From Eledone cirrhosa (lineage: Eukaryota), in the NCBI GenBank assembly GCA_964016885.1, contig OZ024755.1, positions 31,062,001 through 31,126,000 on the forward strand: 64,000 bases of DNA, written 5' to 3'. The notes beneath the pieces were generated by a model. The model saw only the letters and a program-made list of their open reading frames with translations. It was not told the DNA's origin and searched no databases. Made by a program: the position numbers and the translations under genes. This document shows positions 1 to 12,432 of this stretch, in pieces. The stretch's first letter is position 1; each line of letters begins with the position of its first letter.

Positions 1-500
1 TGAAAGTAACTAGATGTTTGATGAAATAGAATGAAAGTAACTAGATGTTTGATGAAATAGAATGAAAGTAACTAGATGTTTGATGGAATAATATAAAAGT
101 AATTAGATGTTTGATGAAATAGAATGAAAGTAACTAGATGTTTGATGAAATAGAATGAAAGTAACTAGGTGTTTGATGGAATAATATAAAAGTAACTAGA
201 TGTTTGATGGAATAATATAAAAGTAATTAGATGTTTGATGAAATAGAATGAAAGTAATTAGATGTTTGATGGAATAATATAAAAGTAACTAGATGTTTGA
301 TGGAATAATATAAAAGTAATTAGATGTTTGATGAAATAGAATGAAAGTAACTAGATGTTTGATGAAATAGAATGAAAGTAACTAGGTGTTTGATGAAATA
401 GAATGAAAGTAATTAGATGTTTGATGAAATAGAATGAAAGTAACTAGATGTTTGATGAAATAGAATGAAAGTAACTAGGTGTTTGATGAAATAGAATGAA
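1..500. repeat. 31-bp tandem minisatellite (TGAAAGTAACTAGATGTTTGATGAAATAGAA), runs off the window start
   Basis: About 16 near-identical 31-bp units with two sub-variants (GAAATAGAATGAAAG and GGAATAATATAAAAG). Confidence 0.95.
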
Positions 501-834
501 AGATATATAACATTTATATTATTCTCTTGAAATCTATTTCAGAAATAAGAACAATGGCTTTGTACAACCAAGTTTTTTCATGGCCAGTGACTGCCCTTCA
601 TGGATTTTCAAAGAATGATCTATTAAATAGAAGAATAACATTATATGATTTATAAATAAATTGAAGAATTTCATATAGATGTAGAATTGTTATTTTCAAT
701 TTTAAAGTGGTACCATTATTTTTTTACACTATGAATTTTTCTTTTTTAACCTTTCTATTTTTATATTGAATAAAGTTTTTTCTTGCATGAACAATCATTT
801 TTAATTTAAGAGGGGAATGTTGATTATAATGACA

Positions 835-998
835 CCAGCATTTAACTGGTACTATAGTGTATCAACCCCAGTATTTAACTGGTACTATAGTGTATCAACC
901 CCAGTAATTGACTGTTACTATAGAGTATCAACCCCAGTATTTGACTGGTACTATAGTGTATCAACCCCAGTATTTAACTGGTACTATAGTGTATCAAT
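835..998. repeat. 33-bp tandem repeat (CCAGTATTTAACTGGTACTATAGTGTATCAACC) x5
   Basis: Five direct units visible. The unit resembles the CCCAGT...ACTGGTAC segment of the SINE family at 9549-9739. Confidence 0.9.
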
Positions 999-1894
999 CC
1001 CTTATTGATGCAAAATGGAAATATTCCTATAGGGGGTTATTGAATGCATGGGAGAGTGAGAATCATCCTGAAGTAGACCCAACAGAGAGCAGCCATTAGA
1101 GTTGATAGCAGATAAAGTGGAGGTAGACGAGGCAGCTGGTCCTTCAGGGTTTGTTGCTATCTGGTAGAGGAGACCACAAGATAGTCACTTGTATAATTAT
1201 CAAAATAGTGCAAGGTGTGATACTTAATGACTGGTGATATTCCTAACATTTATCTGAGGTCTGTTGTTGGAAATGTACTAAGTTAATTCTCTTGGAGGTG
1301 ACACCTAGTACACTCTGTAAAGAGGAGGGCATCCAGCCATAGAAAACTTGCCAAACGTAGGGTCATGAGGACTCTTCAGATAACCTCCCTAGTGTTGGTG
1401 ATTTACACAATCAACACAACCAGTACTCTCTCTAAAGTGGTTGGTGATGTGTAGGGCATTCAACAAAAAAAAAAAGGCTTGGAGGACTCTTCAGCTATGT
1501 CAAGGACATGACAACTTCCCTTGAGCTGGTGTCACAATAAATTGCTACCCTTGGTAGAGTGCTTGAACACACGTGAAATGCAAGCTCTTAGCCTGCCATA
1601 CCAGCACCTCTTCTTTGAGTACCAGCCAGGTCTGCTGATGACTCATTTAACCCTTGCTAGCAAGGAAAGCAGATGTTAAACGATAATGATGATGATGATG
1701 ATGACATTATGATATATCATCCAACATTCTGCACCATATGATGATAAAACACTGTCTATAAAGGACTCACACGCTCATTTTTCTCAAGGTCAACAACTGT
1801 TCAAAAACATCTTTCTTGTGTGGATCCAATGAGGTCAGTTTTTGCTAATTCTTCTCAAAGTCGTCTAACCTATACTAGCATGGAAAAATGGACG

Positions 1895-2030
1895 TTAACC
1901 ATTTAGCATCCAAACCAGCCGTATCTGGCCAGAATTCTCTCACCTCTTTCTGTTCAAACTAGCAGTAACTGGCTGTTCATACTGTTAAGGTATTGTTTTC
2001 AAAATAATTAACATCAAAGTCTCATAGATT
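1895..2030 (-). mobile_element. partial piggyBac-type MITE (one end)
   Basis: Begins TTAA-CCATTTAGCAT and matches the reverse complement of the right half of the complete MITE at 13713-13931. Confidence 0.7.
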
Positions 2031-2031
2031 C

Positions 2032-2800
2032 CATCTAGTTACTTTCATTTCATCAAACATCGAGTTACTTTCGTTTTGATTCACCAAACATGGAGATACT
2101 TTCATTTTGTTTCATCAAACGAGTTTCTTTCCTTTTGTTTCATCAAACATCGAGTTTCTAACGTTTTGTTTCATCAGACAAAGAGTTTCATTCGTTGTTT
2201 CATCAAACATTGACTTTCTTTCGTTATATTTAATCAAACATCAACTTTCTGTATATTTTTCATCAAACATTGACTTTATTTTTTTTCATCAAACATCAAT
2301 TTTCAGTATTTTTTCATTCAAACATCAACTTCCTTTATTTTTTTCATCAAACGTCGACTTTCTTTATTTTTTTCATCAAACATCGGCTTTCTTCATTTTT
2401 TTTTTCGTCAAGCATCGACTTTCTTTATTTTTTTCCATCAAACATCGACTTTCTGTATTTTTTTCATCAAACATCAGCTTTCTGCACATTTTTGTCATCA
2501 AACATCGATATTTTTTTTCATCAAACATCCACTTTCTTTATTCTTTTTCCTCAAACATCGACTTTCTGTATATTTTGTTCATCAACTTTCCGTATTTTTT
2601 TTCATCAAACATCGACTCTGTATTTATTCATGAAACATCGACTTTCTGTATTTTTTGTTCATCAAACATGAACTTTCTGTATTTTGTTAATCAAACATCG
2701 ACTTTCTCTATATTTCTTTCATCAAATATCTTATTTCTGTATTTTCTTCATCTAAACTTCGACTTTCGTTTTCATCGGACATAGACTTTCTGTATATTTT
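2032..2800. repeat. degenerate ~31-bp minisatellite (TTTCATCAAACATCGACTTTCTGTATTTT), inverted relative of 1-500
   Basis: TCATCAAACAT recurs every ~30-32 bp. The first units (CATCTAGTTACTTTCATT) are the reverse complement of the 1-500 unit. Confidence 0.85.
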
Positions 2801-3955
2801 TCGACTCTTAAATGGCTAAAACGACACTTTAAAGGACTTAAACGACTGTAAAATGGCTAAAACAGCTCAATATATTACTGAAACGACTCCTAAAATGGCT
2901 AAACTACTCCTTAAATGACAAAAATGACTTTAAAATGGCTAAAACTGAACTTTAAAAGACTAAAACGACTGTAAAATGGCTGAAAAGGCTCCCCAAATGA
3001 CTCTTAAATGGCTAAAACGACATCTTAAAGGATTAAAACGACTGTAAAATGGCTAAAAAGGCTCAATACATGATTGAAACGACTCCTAAGATGGCTAAAA
3101 CTGCTCCTCCTCAAATGACTGAAACGACTCTAAAATGGCTAAAGCCGAACCTTAAATGACTAAAACGACGGTAAAATGGTTAAAAAGGCACCTAAAATGA
3201 CTAAAACAACCCTTATATGGCTAAAACGACTCTAAAATATGAATATGCTAAAACCGCACCTTAAATGGCTAAAATGACATGTGAAATGACTAAAACGACT
3301 GTAAAATGGTTAATACGACTCCTTGAATGGCTAAAGCGACCCTTAAATGACTAAAACGACTCCTTGAATGTCTAACATGATTGTAAAATGGCTAAAACCG
3401 CTCCTTCAATGACTCAATATATGACTGAAACGACTCCTAAAATGAGTTACTTTGACTTCAGTTATCTCCTTTTTCATACCTCCCTAACCTTGACATTTTC
3501 CCTTGTCTTCAATTATCTCCCTTATTATCAGAGTTACCTCACTTACCATGACTTTGTATGAGTCCCGCCTTGACTTAGGTTATCTCCCTTACCATGACTT
3601 TTCCATTCTTTAATTATCTCCTTTCTTATGAGTCCCCCACCCCGTCTTGACTTAGGTTATCTCCTTTTTCATCAATTACCTCCCATGTCTTCGAGTATCT
3701 CCCACATCTTGATTTTTTTCTTTGACTTCAATTCTCTCCCTTATCAGTTACCTCCCTTACCTTGATTTTCCCCTCTCCCGTCTTCAATTATCTCCCTTCT
3801 TATGAGTTACCCCCCCCCCATAACTTGACTTTTTCCGTTGTCTCATATGACTGTAGAATGGCTAAAACTAACCCTAAAATGATTAAAACGACTAAGACGG
3901 TTCCTTAAATGACTAAAACGACTGTAAAAAGGCTCCTTAAATGGCTAAAACAACT
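2800..3955. repeat. composite minisatellite: ~20-22 bp AAATGGCTAAAACGACT array, interrupted at 3445-3845 by a TTGACTT..TTATCTCCC array
   Basis: Both short-unit arrays are visible directly. Confidence 0.85.
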
Positions 3956-4032
3956 CGCAGCGACCTCTTTTTGTAAACAGTGAAACTAAATTTTAATAGT
4001 AGGAGATAACTCCACCGGCAATATAGAGAAGA

Positions 4033-4103
4033 GTGTGAGATTCGAACCATGTAACGTTATAGCCCTGAGGTTGGTAAGCCGAGCTGCTACCAACTCAGCC
4101 ACG
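4033..4103 (-). mobile_element. tRNA-derived SINE head / tRNA-like pseudogene
   Basis: Minus strand has an A box TGGCTGAGTTGG and a B box GGTTCGAATCTC; no intact cloverleaf. Confidence 0.55.
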
Positions 4104-4431
4104 TTGACCAGAGAAGGACAGTTCAGCTGAGCAGGTAGCTACCCTCCATGGTCAGAATCAGGTGTGCATCCTGCAGAATAACCTCACTACGGTTGAGAAA
4201 GAACTACAGTGTGAATATATTGAGTGGAGGTGTGTTGGATGGGGTCTGAATGTAGGTGCATGTGAAGGCAGTTATGGCTGGATGGTTACATGACCACTTT
4301 ACAGTGTGGGCTGGGTACTTGTTGTTGTGACACGTACATGACCACTTTACAGTGTGTACTGGGTACTTTTTGTAATACAAACATAACTTTTCAGAATATG
4401 ATGATCGTTTCTTTCCTTTTCTGCTCATCAG

Positions 4432-4588
4432 CCTACATCAACAAGCTATGGAAATGCACAAACAAAAGGCAGTTGAGAGTGCCCAAGCAGCAGCTTATCT
4501 AAAGTTACAATTGGAAGAGGCCCAGGTTGCTGTTGCTGAAAAGACTGCTCACCTAGAGAAGGAGTCATTCAAGTTTAAAAGGTTGCAG
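4432..4588 (+). pseudogene. BRE1: isolated exon of BRE1 (RNF20/RNF40) E3 ubiquitin ligase, coiled-coil upstream of the RING; probably a decayed duplicate
   Basis: Polypyrimidine tract and AG at 4430-31, GTAGGC donor at 4589. Translates LHQQAMEMHKQKAVESAQAAAYLKLQLEEAQVAVAEKTAHLEKESFKFKRLQ, close to my recollection of Drosophila Bre1 (LRQQAMEMHKRKAIESAQSAADLKLHLEKYHAQMKEAQQVVAEKTSSLEAEAYKTKRLQ) but ~7 aa shorter. Confidence 0.75.
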
Positions 4589-4705
4589 GTAGGCCTTGTT
4601 TCTTCAACTGCTCACATGTCTTGCAGCTGATTCACTATAATAATGATATTGGTTTCTGATTTAGGCACAAGACCAGCAATTTGGGAAGAGAGGAAAGTCG
4701 ATTAA

Positions 4706-5595
4706 CCCTTTAGTGTTCAAAACGGCCAAAATCAGCCGAAATTATTTCCCCTTCATTTGTTCAAACCGCCCAATAACACCCACATTAAAATATCGTTCTA
4801 AAAATAAACAATACCATCATCAAAATCTCAACAATTCGAGATTACTGCGAGATTAGGCCTTTACCGTGAAAATTAACACATAATATAGTGAAACAACTTA
4901 AAACAACATGTGTTTTTTTAACATTGAAAGTAGAACAGATGTTTGTGTATCAACATGGCTTGTGAAAGTAACGATACCGACTTTGAAGGTTTTACATACG
5001 ACAACATTCAGAATGAACAAGAAACAAATGATATTAGTGATTTATCTTCAAATGTATCAGACGTGTATATTTCTGAAATTTCATCCGACGATGATTGTTG
5101 TTTTGAAAGTGAAAACGAAGGAGATCCCCAGGACACCATTGAAAGTATTACAGCAACGTGGTTGAAAAATACCATACCAATATATGTTCCTCATTTTATT
5201 CAAAATACTGGTCCACAACACGCATTACCTCCCACTGGATTATTTCTTTTTGCCACAAACTTTCTTCAGAAGAAAGTTTGTGGAAAGTTTGTGGCAGAAG
5301 AGACTAATTGATATGCCCAACAACAGATTTCAAATCGAGGAAAACCCGATCTGTTATGGCGACCGACAGATGTTGCAGAAATGCAAGCATTTTTTACCTG
5401 GTAAAATTATATAATCAGTTAAAATTATATAATTGTAAATTATTGAAATCTAAACATCTACTGACAAAATATAGACATAGAAAATTAAGAAAATTACAAA
5501 CAAATAAAATTGATAACCCTCTTGAGTATGATTAATTGAAAATAATGTGAATAGATAAGCATGACATTTGACAAATTTATGTGAATGCTAAAGGG
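4706..5595 (+). mobile_element. internally deleted piggyBac transposon with N-terminal transposase remnant
   Basis: TTAA-CCCTTTAG ... CTAAAGGG-TTAT termini. Frameshifted acidic N-terminus followed by W..F..GP..LP, DYF and VAEETN*YAQQ..WRPTDVAEMQAF, typical of PGBD-type transposases (4943-5400). Confidence 0.8.
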
Positions 5596-5824
5596 TTATT
5601 GTACAAAATAAATGTAAATGAACCAACCTCTGACATCCGCTTGAAGTTAGCATCATCTTTCTCCTTGAATCAAGTGCATATTTTGTTCCTGCATGTCTTC
5701 AAAAGCCCGGCCAGTTATATCTATTTCACTGAGCAATGCTTCTTCCCACTGAACAAAGGAAGAATTATATTGGAAAATTATTGTTAAATCTTAAATCCTG
5801 ACACTACATCTTGAAAGGAATTAA

Positions 5825-5952
5825 CCCTTTAGCATTTACATTACTCTATATATACTATTGTATTTTCACAGTAAAGGTTTTACCTCACATAACATTTACA
5901 TTACTCTATATAACTATTGTATTTTCACAGTAAAGGCTTTACCTCACATATT
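5825..5952 (+). mobile_element. piggyBac-type MITE left end with a ~58-bp internal duplication
   Basis: TTAA-CCCTTTAGCATTTACATTACTCTAT, the same start as 13713. Confidence 0.7.
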
Positions 5953-5986
5953 TTACAGTGTGGACTGGGTGCTTTTTGTAGCTTGT

Positions 5987-7145
5987 TGATTTTATTTTGC
6001 ATTTTCTTTTCAATTTTCTGAGTTCAGTTTGTTTAACATGTTCACCTACTTTATAGTTTGCTAAAATTTCTATGTCAGATCGGAGAAGGTTTATTTGGCG
6101 ATTGATGTTCTCTTGCCAAGTAGGTTTTTTGTGGGCATTCCTTTGTTTTTTCATTTTCATTCAACATAAGTGAGTGGTGACTTTAGCTGATGCATAGTAG
6201 AGATGATTTAGATCAGTAATGTTTAGTTTATTTGTGGTGATAATGTCTTTGAGAGTTATGTTAGTCTTGCGTATTATCCTCTGGTTTCGTTTGGAGTTCT
6301 GGATCTTAGGGAGAGTGTCTCATTCCCCCCATGTCAGATTCTTTCATTTTCATCCATTGGATCATAATTTCATTCGCATTCATTTCTTTAACATTGGTGA
6401 TCTTCTCATTGTTTTCATTTTGAGTTTCATCTTGAGCATACACTCCTACTTTTTCGATCCTTTCTTTAATTTGTTCTGCTGTCAGTGATTCCACCCCAAC
6501 CCTGGGATTCGAAGTGTTACAATTTACTTTGTTTTCACTGACACATGTTTCATTTTCCCTTCGCTGACTTTGTGCTAATTGCTTGATCTGATCAATTTCT
6601 ATGTCAGTTAGTAACTTCTTCTTAACAATGTTTCTTCATATGTGAGCTAGATTGTTACTGTCAATATAGCCTCTGTTTTCAGGATGTTTCTTTTTCCAGT
6701 TGATACATATCTGTTCTGTATTCGATCTATTTGATGGGTGGTACATGGCAGTGTAGAAAGCCTCAAGGACTTCTTTATTGTTTTCCCTTAACCATTTTTC
6801 TCTCTTTTTCTTTGGATTTCTTGGTGGTCAGCATGGAGAGCCAACAGTAGGAGTATTCCGGTCTCCAGCTCTGAATTGATGGGAAGGTTTGAACCATTAG
6901 CTGATTTTTTTACCCCAGTCTGGTTCCTCTGAGGGACGCGGCCCTTTTTGACTCAGGGACGGCCAATCCGGTATGAGTTTTTATCATTTGACATTGGCTT
7001 TATTTTGTTGCGTTTTATCCTTAACCGCCAAGGAGTTATCATTTTGAGTTACCACTCCTAGGACGAGTGTCAACCAAGACTAGAGGAGTCGTCCTCCCCT
7101 TGAGATACAGCTATTCCCCGCCGGCCGCCATCCCGGTATTTCTTG
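5987..7145 (-). mobile_element. decayed 5' part of an R4/Dong-like (RLE-clade) non-LTR retrotransposon
   Basis: Minus-strand translation KKREKWLRENNKEVLEAFY...DSNNLAHI*RNIVKKKLLTDIEIDQIK and KPTWQENINRQINLLRSDI resembles the N-terminal region of R4/Dong ORFs. Stops present, no RT domain. Confidence 0.55.
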
Positions 7146-8382
7146 GTCACAGGGTTTTTTTGGTTTTTTAAATTGTTATTATTATGAGTGGTTCCGTAAT
7201 GTGATCCCTGTGTGGCTAATAAAGAAATTATTAATATAATATACTTGTGGCCTTTGTTGTTGTTGGCTATGCCGGTGGTGCTAGGGCTTTTTCCAGAGGG
7301 AGGAGGGAGAGTTTTATTGTTGGTGGGGGACTTCAGTGCCATTGTAGTTGTTAATGTTGAGTCACTAAGTCAGTCTATTTACATCTTTTGGTAGCTTCTT
7401 CCTTTCTAGTCTTGTATAGTGTTATTGCTACCTTCCCTCTTGTTCTCAGAAAATTTGATGTCAACTTTTCTTAGGTTAACAGAAGATAGTGGGGGAATAG
7501 TGGTGGCGGTGGTGACGGGGTAGTGGTACTGTAGTGATGGCGTTGTTAAATCTTGTAGCCACTACAATGTATTGAGCTTGTTTGATATTTTTGTTAGCAG
7601 TAGCTATGTGGTTTGTTGCCTATGTTTAATATACATGTTGACATATTTCCTTAATATTTGAACTAAACATTTTGAGAAAACTTGAGATACAATAATAATT
7701 ATTATTATGCCTAGATTGGTGGTGGTGGTGAAATTGCTGTTATTTGGCTGTTCTATTTAGTGTAGACAGAGGGGTTTTCTTCCATTTGTAACCATTTTCT
7801 TTGTGAATATAAAATTTCTAATACAAAATTAAATATTTGAGCCATATGCCAGGGTGTTGTGGGTTCTCACTTCCTGAGAGCTAAGGCCGGTGCCTTATGT
7901 CCCATTTATAATAAGAATTGTTATATCACAATTGTTTTAAATATGTAAAAAATCAAAAACTTACAGGAGCGATTCCATAACACTCTATCCACCACATGCG
8001 TCGTCTTCTCTTATTATTATTATTATTGTCGTTATTGTTATTGTTGTGTTTTTTTTCGTGCAATGGCCATACTCAATAACGAGGCGGCAGCCATCATATA
8101 TATATGCTCACCCGGGTGAACCTGAAGTAACTCCAAGTTACACTCCCTATATATATATATATATAGATATATAGATAGAGGGAGAGAACAAGAATGAGAA
8201 AGAGGAAGAATCAACCCTAGTATTTGACTTGTATGTTATTTAAAGACTTCAAATAATAGGAATTTAAACTCAAAGTTGAGAGCTGGAATGAGGGCTGCAA
8301 ATCTACGCAGATGTATACACATATATATATATGAACAATATACACATATATATATGAACATATGAATATACACATATAGATA

Positions 8383-8708
8383 TGCTTAGTGGTTAGAGCA
8401 TTGGCCTTGCAATCGAAAGGTTGTGTGAGTTCAATTCTCGGACCGGGTGATGTGTTGTTTCCTTGAGCAAGACACTTTATTTCACATTGCTCCAGTTTAC
8501 TCAGCTTAAGAAATGAGATGACAGGGACTGGGGTCCATATCATTCCACTGCAAAGTGGTCGTGGAGGTACCACGGCAAAAAAGCACCCAGCACTCCCTGT
8601 AAATGAGGTTGGTGTTAGGAAGGGCATCCAGCTGTAGAAATCAAGCCAGAATCAGTTCCCGTCCCACCCTTGCAAGCAGGGAAAAGGGGACGTAAAATGA
8701 AATGAAAA
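8383..8708 (+). mobile_element. tRNA-head CORE-SINE with RTE-like tail (family A)
   Basis: A/B boxes (GCTTAGTGG, GAGTTCAATTC), MIR-core-like CCTTGAGCAAGACACTT..CAGTTTACTCAGCT, tail CCCACCCTTGCAAGCAGGGAAAA..(ATG)n. Confidence 0.85.
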
Positions 8709-8744
8709 TACAGATACACACATAGAAGTGGCTGATAGCTTCTG

Positions 8745-9340
8745 CGATCTAGCTTACTTAATTAACAGCAGTGGAGGGTGCTCTGAGAGAAGAATAGCTA
8801 GAATAAGGATAGGAAGGAAAAAGTTTAGAGAGATTCTCCTGCTGTTGACCACAAAAGGTTTCTCTCTCTGTACTAAAAGACAACTGTATGACCCCTGTGT
8901 GTGAAATGTGATGCTGCATGTGGTGGTGAAATATGGGCTGTGACTGCAAAGGACAAGAGTAGACTGGAGTGAAATGAAGCAATCATGCTTTGTTGGATGT
9001 TCCATGTAAGTGTGAGAGAAAAGCAGAGTTTGGACAAGTTAAGGGAGAAGCTGGGTTTAAGAGGGATCCGAAGTGGTGAGCAGGAGAGAACACTACATCG
9101 GTACAGACAATGGATAATGATTGCGCTGTGAAGTGCCAGGAAATCCCAGTGGAAGGAAGTCGCAGTTGATGTAGTCCAAGAATGGCCTGGGCAAAGATGG
9201 TTAGAACTGACCTCAAATCCCTGAGATTTGCAGAGAAGATGACAAAGGAATGCGATGGGTGGTGAAAGGCCATGTTGAGAAGAACCCATCCAACCCATGC
9301 AAGCATGGAAAAATGAATGTAATAACAATGATGATGATGA
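8745..9340 (+). mobile_element. RTE LINE 3' fragment (decayed)
   Basis: Homologous to 32440-33020 and 36970-37480; ends in (GAT)n. Confidence 0.85.
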
Positions 9341-9548
9341 CATACATATACACACAGATATGCTCATACTTATATACAAACATAAACATGGACACACATT
9401 TTTATATTCATACATAAACACTCATATATATATATAATGTTTGTACCATACAGCTTTATCAGCACAAGGCTTGGTTATAACTTCTACAAATAAAATGAAA
9501 GAGAATAATTTCTGAATAAACCTGTTTTATTCCAAACATTTACAACAT

Positions 9549-9739
9549 TAATTGTTTCTACTATTGGCACAAGGCCAGAAATTACCCAGTACATTACTGG
9601 TACTTTATTTTATCGACCCCGTAAGGATGAAAGGCAAAGTTAACCGTGGCGGGATTTGAACTCAGAATGGCAAGGGCCGTAACTCTATGCGTCAAAGCAT
9701 GGCGTCCGACCCTCTACCGATACTGCCAATCCACCGCCC
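9549..9739 (-). mobile_element. tRNA-derived SINE family B
   Basis: GGCGGTGGATTGGCAGTATCGG head, GAGTTCAAATCCC B box, body TTTGCCTTTCATCCTTACGGGGTCGATAAAATAAAGTACCAG; several copies in the window. Confidence 0.85.
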
Positions 9740-10162
9740 ATTTACAACATTAATGACACTATTTTGGTTGAGTGATATTGTTTTCATCTTGTCTGATTGT
9801 GTTTCTGTACTATTAAGTAACAAGAGAATGATTTACCACAGACATCATAGTGATATGGTTCTTTTAAAGTATATGTTAGTGTCTAGTGAAGCCACAAGAT
9901 TTAGAGAATGATTTACCATAGATATCACATTGATGTGGTTTCCCTCATTTATGTATACTTATATAATTAAGTTAATTTGCTCCATTCAAAGAAATATTTT
10001 TAAATATATCAAAGTGATTGGCTTCCTACCTGTATGTATATGTTTGTGTGCAGTTAATGTAGCATTGAAAGAGAATGATTTCCCACAGATATTACAGTAT
10101 ATGTATTTGTGTCTCATTAATTCACAATTTTGAAAGAATGATTTATCACTGATATCACAGTG

Positions 10163-11521
10163 TTATGAGTTCTCTCCTGTATGTATAAGTTTGTGAGAAG
10201 TTAAGCTACTTTTCACAGAGAATGATATACCACAGATATCACAGTGATATGGCTTCTCTCCTGTGTGTATATGTTTGTGTCTAGTTAAGGCACTGCTTAC
10301 TGAGAATGATTTACCACAAAAATTACAGTGATATGGTTTCTCACCTGTATGTGTTCGTTTGTGTTTAGTTAACGTACCTATTTCAGAGAATGATTTACCA
10401 CAGATATCACAGGGATATGGTTTCTCATGTGTATGTGTTCGTTTGTGGGTAGCTAAGTGACCACTTTCAGAGAATGATATACGACAGATATCACAGTGAT
10501 ATGGCTTCTCTCCTGTGTGTACACGTATGTGAGAAGTTAAGTGACTACTTACAGAAAATGATTTACCACAAATGTTACAGTGATATGGCTTCTCACCTGT
10601 ATGTATACGTTTGTGCTTGATTAAGCTTCCTTTTTGAGAGAATGATTTACCACAAATATCACAGTGATATGGCTTCTCTCCTGTATGTATACGTTTGTGA
10701 GAAGTCAAGTAACCACTTTCAGAGAATGATTTACCACAAATATCACAGTCGTATGGCTTGTCTCCTGTATGTACACGTTTGTGAGAAGTTAAAAGACTAT
10801 TTACAGAGAATGATTTATCACAGATCTCACAGTGATATGGCTTCTCACCTGTATGTGTACGTTTGTGAGAAGTTAAGTGACCACTTTCGGAGAATGATTT
10901 ACCACAGATAGCACAGTAATATGGCTTCTCTCCTGTATGTATACGTATGTGAGATGTTAAGTGACTACTTACAGAGAATGAATTACCACAGATATCACAG
11001 TGATACGGCTTCTCTCCTGTATGTATAAGTTGATGATAAGTTAAATGACTACTTCGAGAGAATGATTTACAACAGATCTCACAATGATATGGCTTCTCTC
11101 CTGTATGTATACGTTTGTGAGAAGTTAAGTGAATACTTTGAGAGAATGATTTACTACAGATATCACAGTGATATGGCTTCTCTCCTGTATGTATACGTTT
11201 ATGTTTAGTTAAGGAACAGCTTACAGTGAATGATTTACCACAGATATCACAGTGATATGGCTTCTCTCCTGTATGTATACGTTTGTGAGAAGTTAAGTGA
11301 CTACTAACAGAGAATGATTTACCACAGATATCACACTGATATGGCTTCTCTTCTCTATGTAAACTCTTGTGTGTAGTTAAGTTACTCTTATGAGAGAATG
11401 ACTTTTTACAGATATCACAGTTATATGGTCTCTCTTCGCTATCCTTTGGCATCTCATCAGGATTAGTAAACACTTTAGATTCTGTTTCACATTTAATCTT
11501 CCCACTCAATTTATTTTCCAT
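10163..11521 (-). CDS. C2H2 zinc-finger protein, 15 tandem fingers, no KRAB/SCAN domain, single coding exon (452 aa)
   Basis: Intact ORF with 15 CxxC-x12-HxxxH units joined by TGEKPY-type linkers. Strong acceptor (T)nCATTTCAG at 11892-11911 upstream and AATAAA at 9526-9531 downstream on the minus strand. Confidence 0.93.
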   Translation of the reverse strand: MENKLSGKIKCETESKVFTNPDEMPKDSEERPYNCDICKKSFSHKSNLTTHKSLHREEKPYQCDICGKSFSVSSHLTSHKRIHTGEKPYHCDICGKSFTVSCSLTKHKRIHTGEKPYHCDICSKSFSQSIHLTSHKRIHTGEKPYHCEICCKSFSRSSHLTYHQLIHTGEKPYHCDICGNSFSVSSHLTSHIRIHTGEKPYYCAICGKSFSESGHLTSHKRTHTGEKPYHCEICDKSFSVNSLLTSHKRVHTGDKPYDCDICGKSFSESGYLTSHKRIHTGEKPYHCDICGKSFSQKGSLIKHKRIHTGEKPYHCNICGKSFSVSSHLTSHIRVHTGEKPYHCDICRISFSESGHLATHKRTHTHEKPYPCDICGKSFSEIGTLTKHKRTHTGEKPYHCNFCGKSFSVSSALTRHKHIHTGEKPYHCDICGISFSVKSSLTSHKLIHTGENS

Positions 11522-11959
11522 AATGTTTCTTTCTTCTCGATATAGAGGTTTTCCTTGTAATATTTTTTACTATATTCCTAAAAATATTTCTTCTGCTATA
11601 TTTCCTTCTATTGTGATCTCAGTTAATATCTGAAGATGATGCCAACTTCTTTGTCATCCAAGTTTCGTTAAAATACAAAATCATCTTGTAAATATACCAC
11701 ATAGTGAAGAAGATAAATTTTGTCAATAAAGTCAGTTCTAAGGAAGTATTTCACAGTAATTTCTGCTATAGATTTATACAAAGCATGCTATATCAGTTCA
11801 GTATAAAAAGTTTTAGTTCTTAAAATGATGATAAATATAGTTCAGGTTTCCAAGGTTAAAAAATTAATTTATCCCAATGTCATCTGGTATTCTGAAATGA
11901 AAAAAAAAAAACAGTATGAGATAATAGAGAATACTTAAAAAGCAGAGATAGATTTATTT

Positions 11960-12430
11960 AACAATGGAAATTTTACATTTCTAAACTGTAGATATCAACT
12001 TTCCTGTCCAGAGCAATTATCTCCAATGTGAGCAGTGGTATTCTAGCATACTCTATGAATTTTATCCTTCTATCTCTTGGGAAGACTCCCCTATAGCATT
12101 TTCCAAGAAAATTCCTTCTTATAGGACTTTCTAACATAGCTATTGTCTCTTCTGATGTTATGCCCAAACCAGATTAACCTCCTCCTTTTTATTACTTGGA
12201 GTTAATTCTTTCTCTATATCTTTTTCTCGTTTCTTCTGTATCACTATCTCTCCTTCTCCAGGAGTTATGAGTCTATATGAACCCATGCAATATCTGATTT
12301 CACTTCGAGTTTTATTCAGATATCAATTGGAGAGGAAATGGGCTTCATCAGGATTTAACAAATGCCCAAGAAACACTGTTTATCACTAGAGCACCCATAC
12401 GACTCCACTAAGAATTACAAGTCCTTATAA
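11960..12430 (-). mobile_element. old RTE-like LINE 3' fragment in the putative ZNF intron
   Basis: Degenerate LGKCYRGVFPRDRRIKFIE resembles the RTE C-terminal GKRPRGRPRxxW motif. Confidence 0.4.
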
Positions 12431-12432
12431 TA

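Noticed and set aside
1-998. 31-bp and 33-bp repeats resembling CRISPR arrays in unit length
   Set aside because: Units are directly adjacent with no unique spacers, there are no cas genes, and the context is eukaryotic.
2107-2784. 225-aa Phe-rich ORF
   Set aside because: It is a translation of the minisatellite.
4033-4103. Possible functional tRNA gene
   Set aside because: A and B boxes are present but the acceptor and anticodon stems do not pair; a SINE head is more likely.
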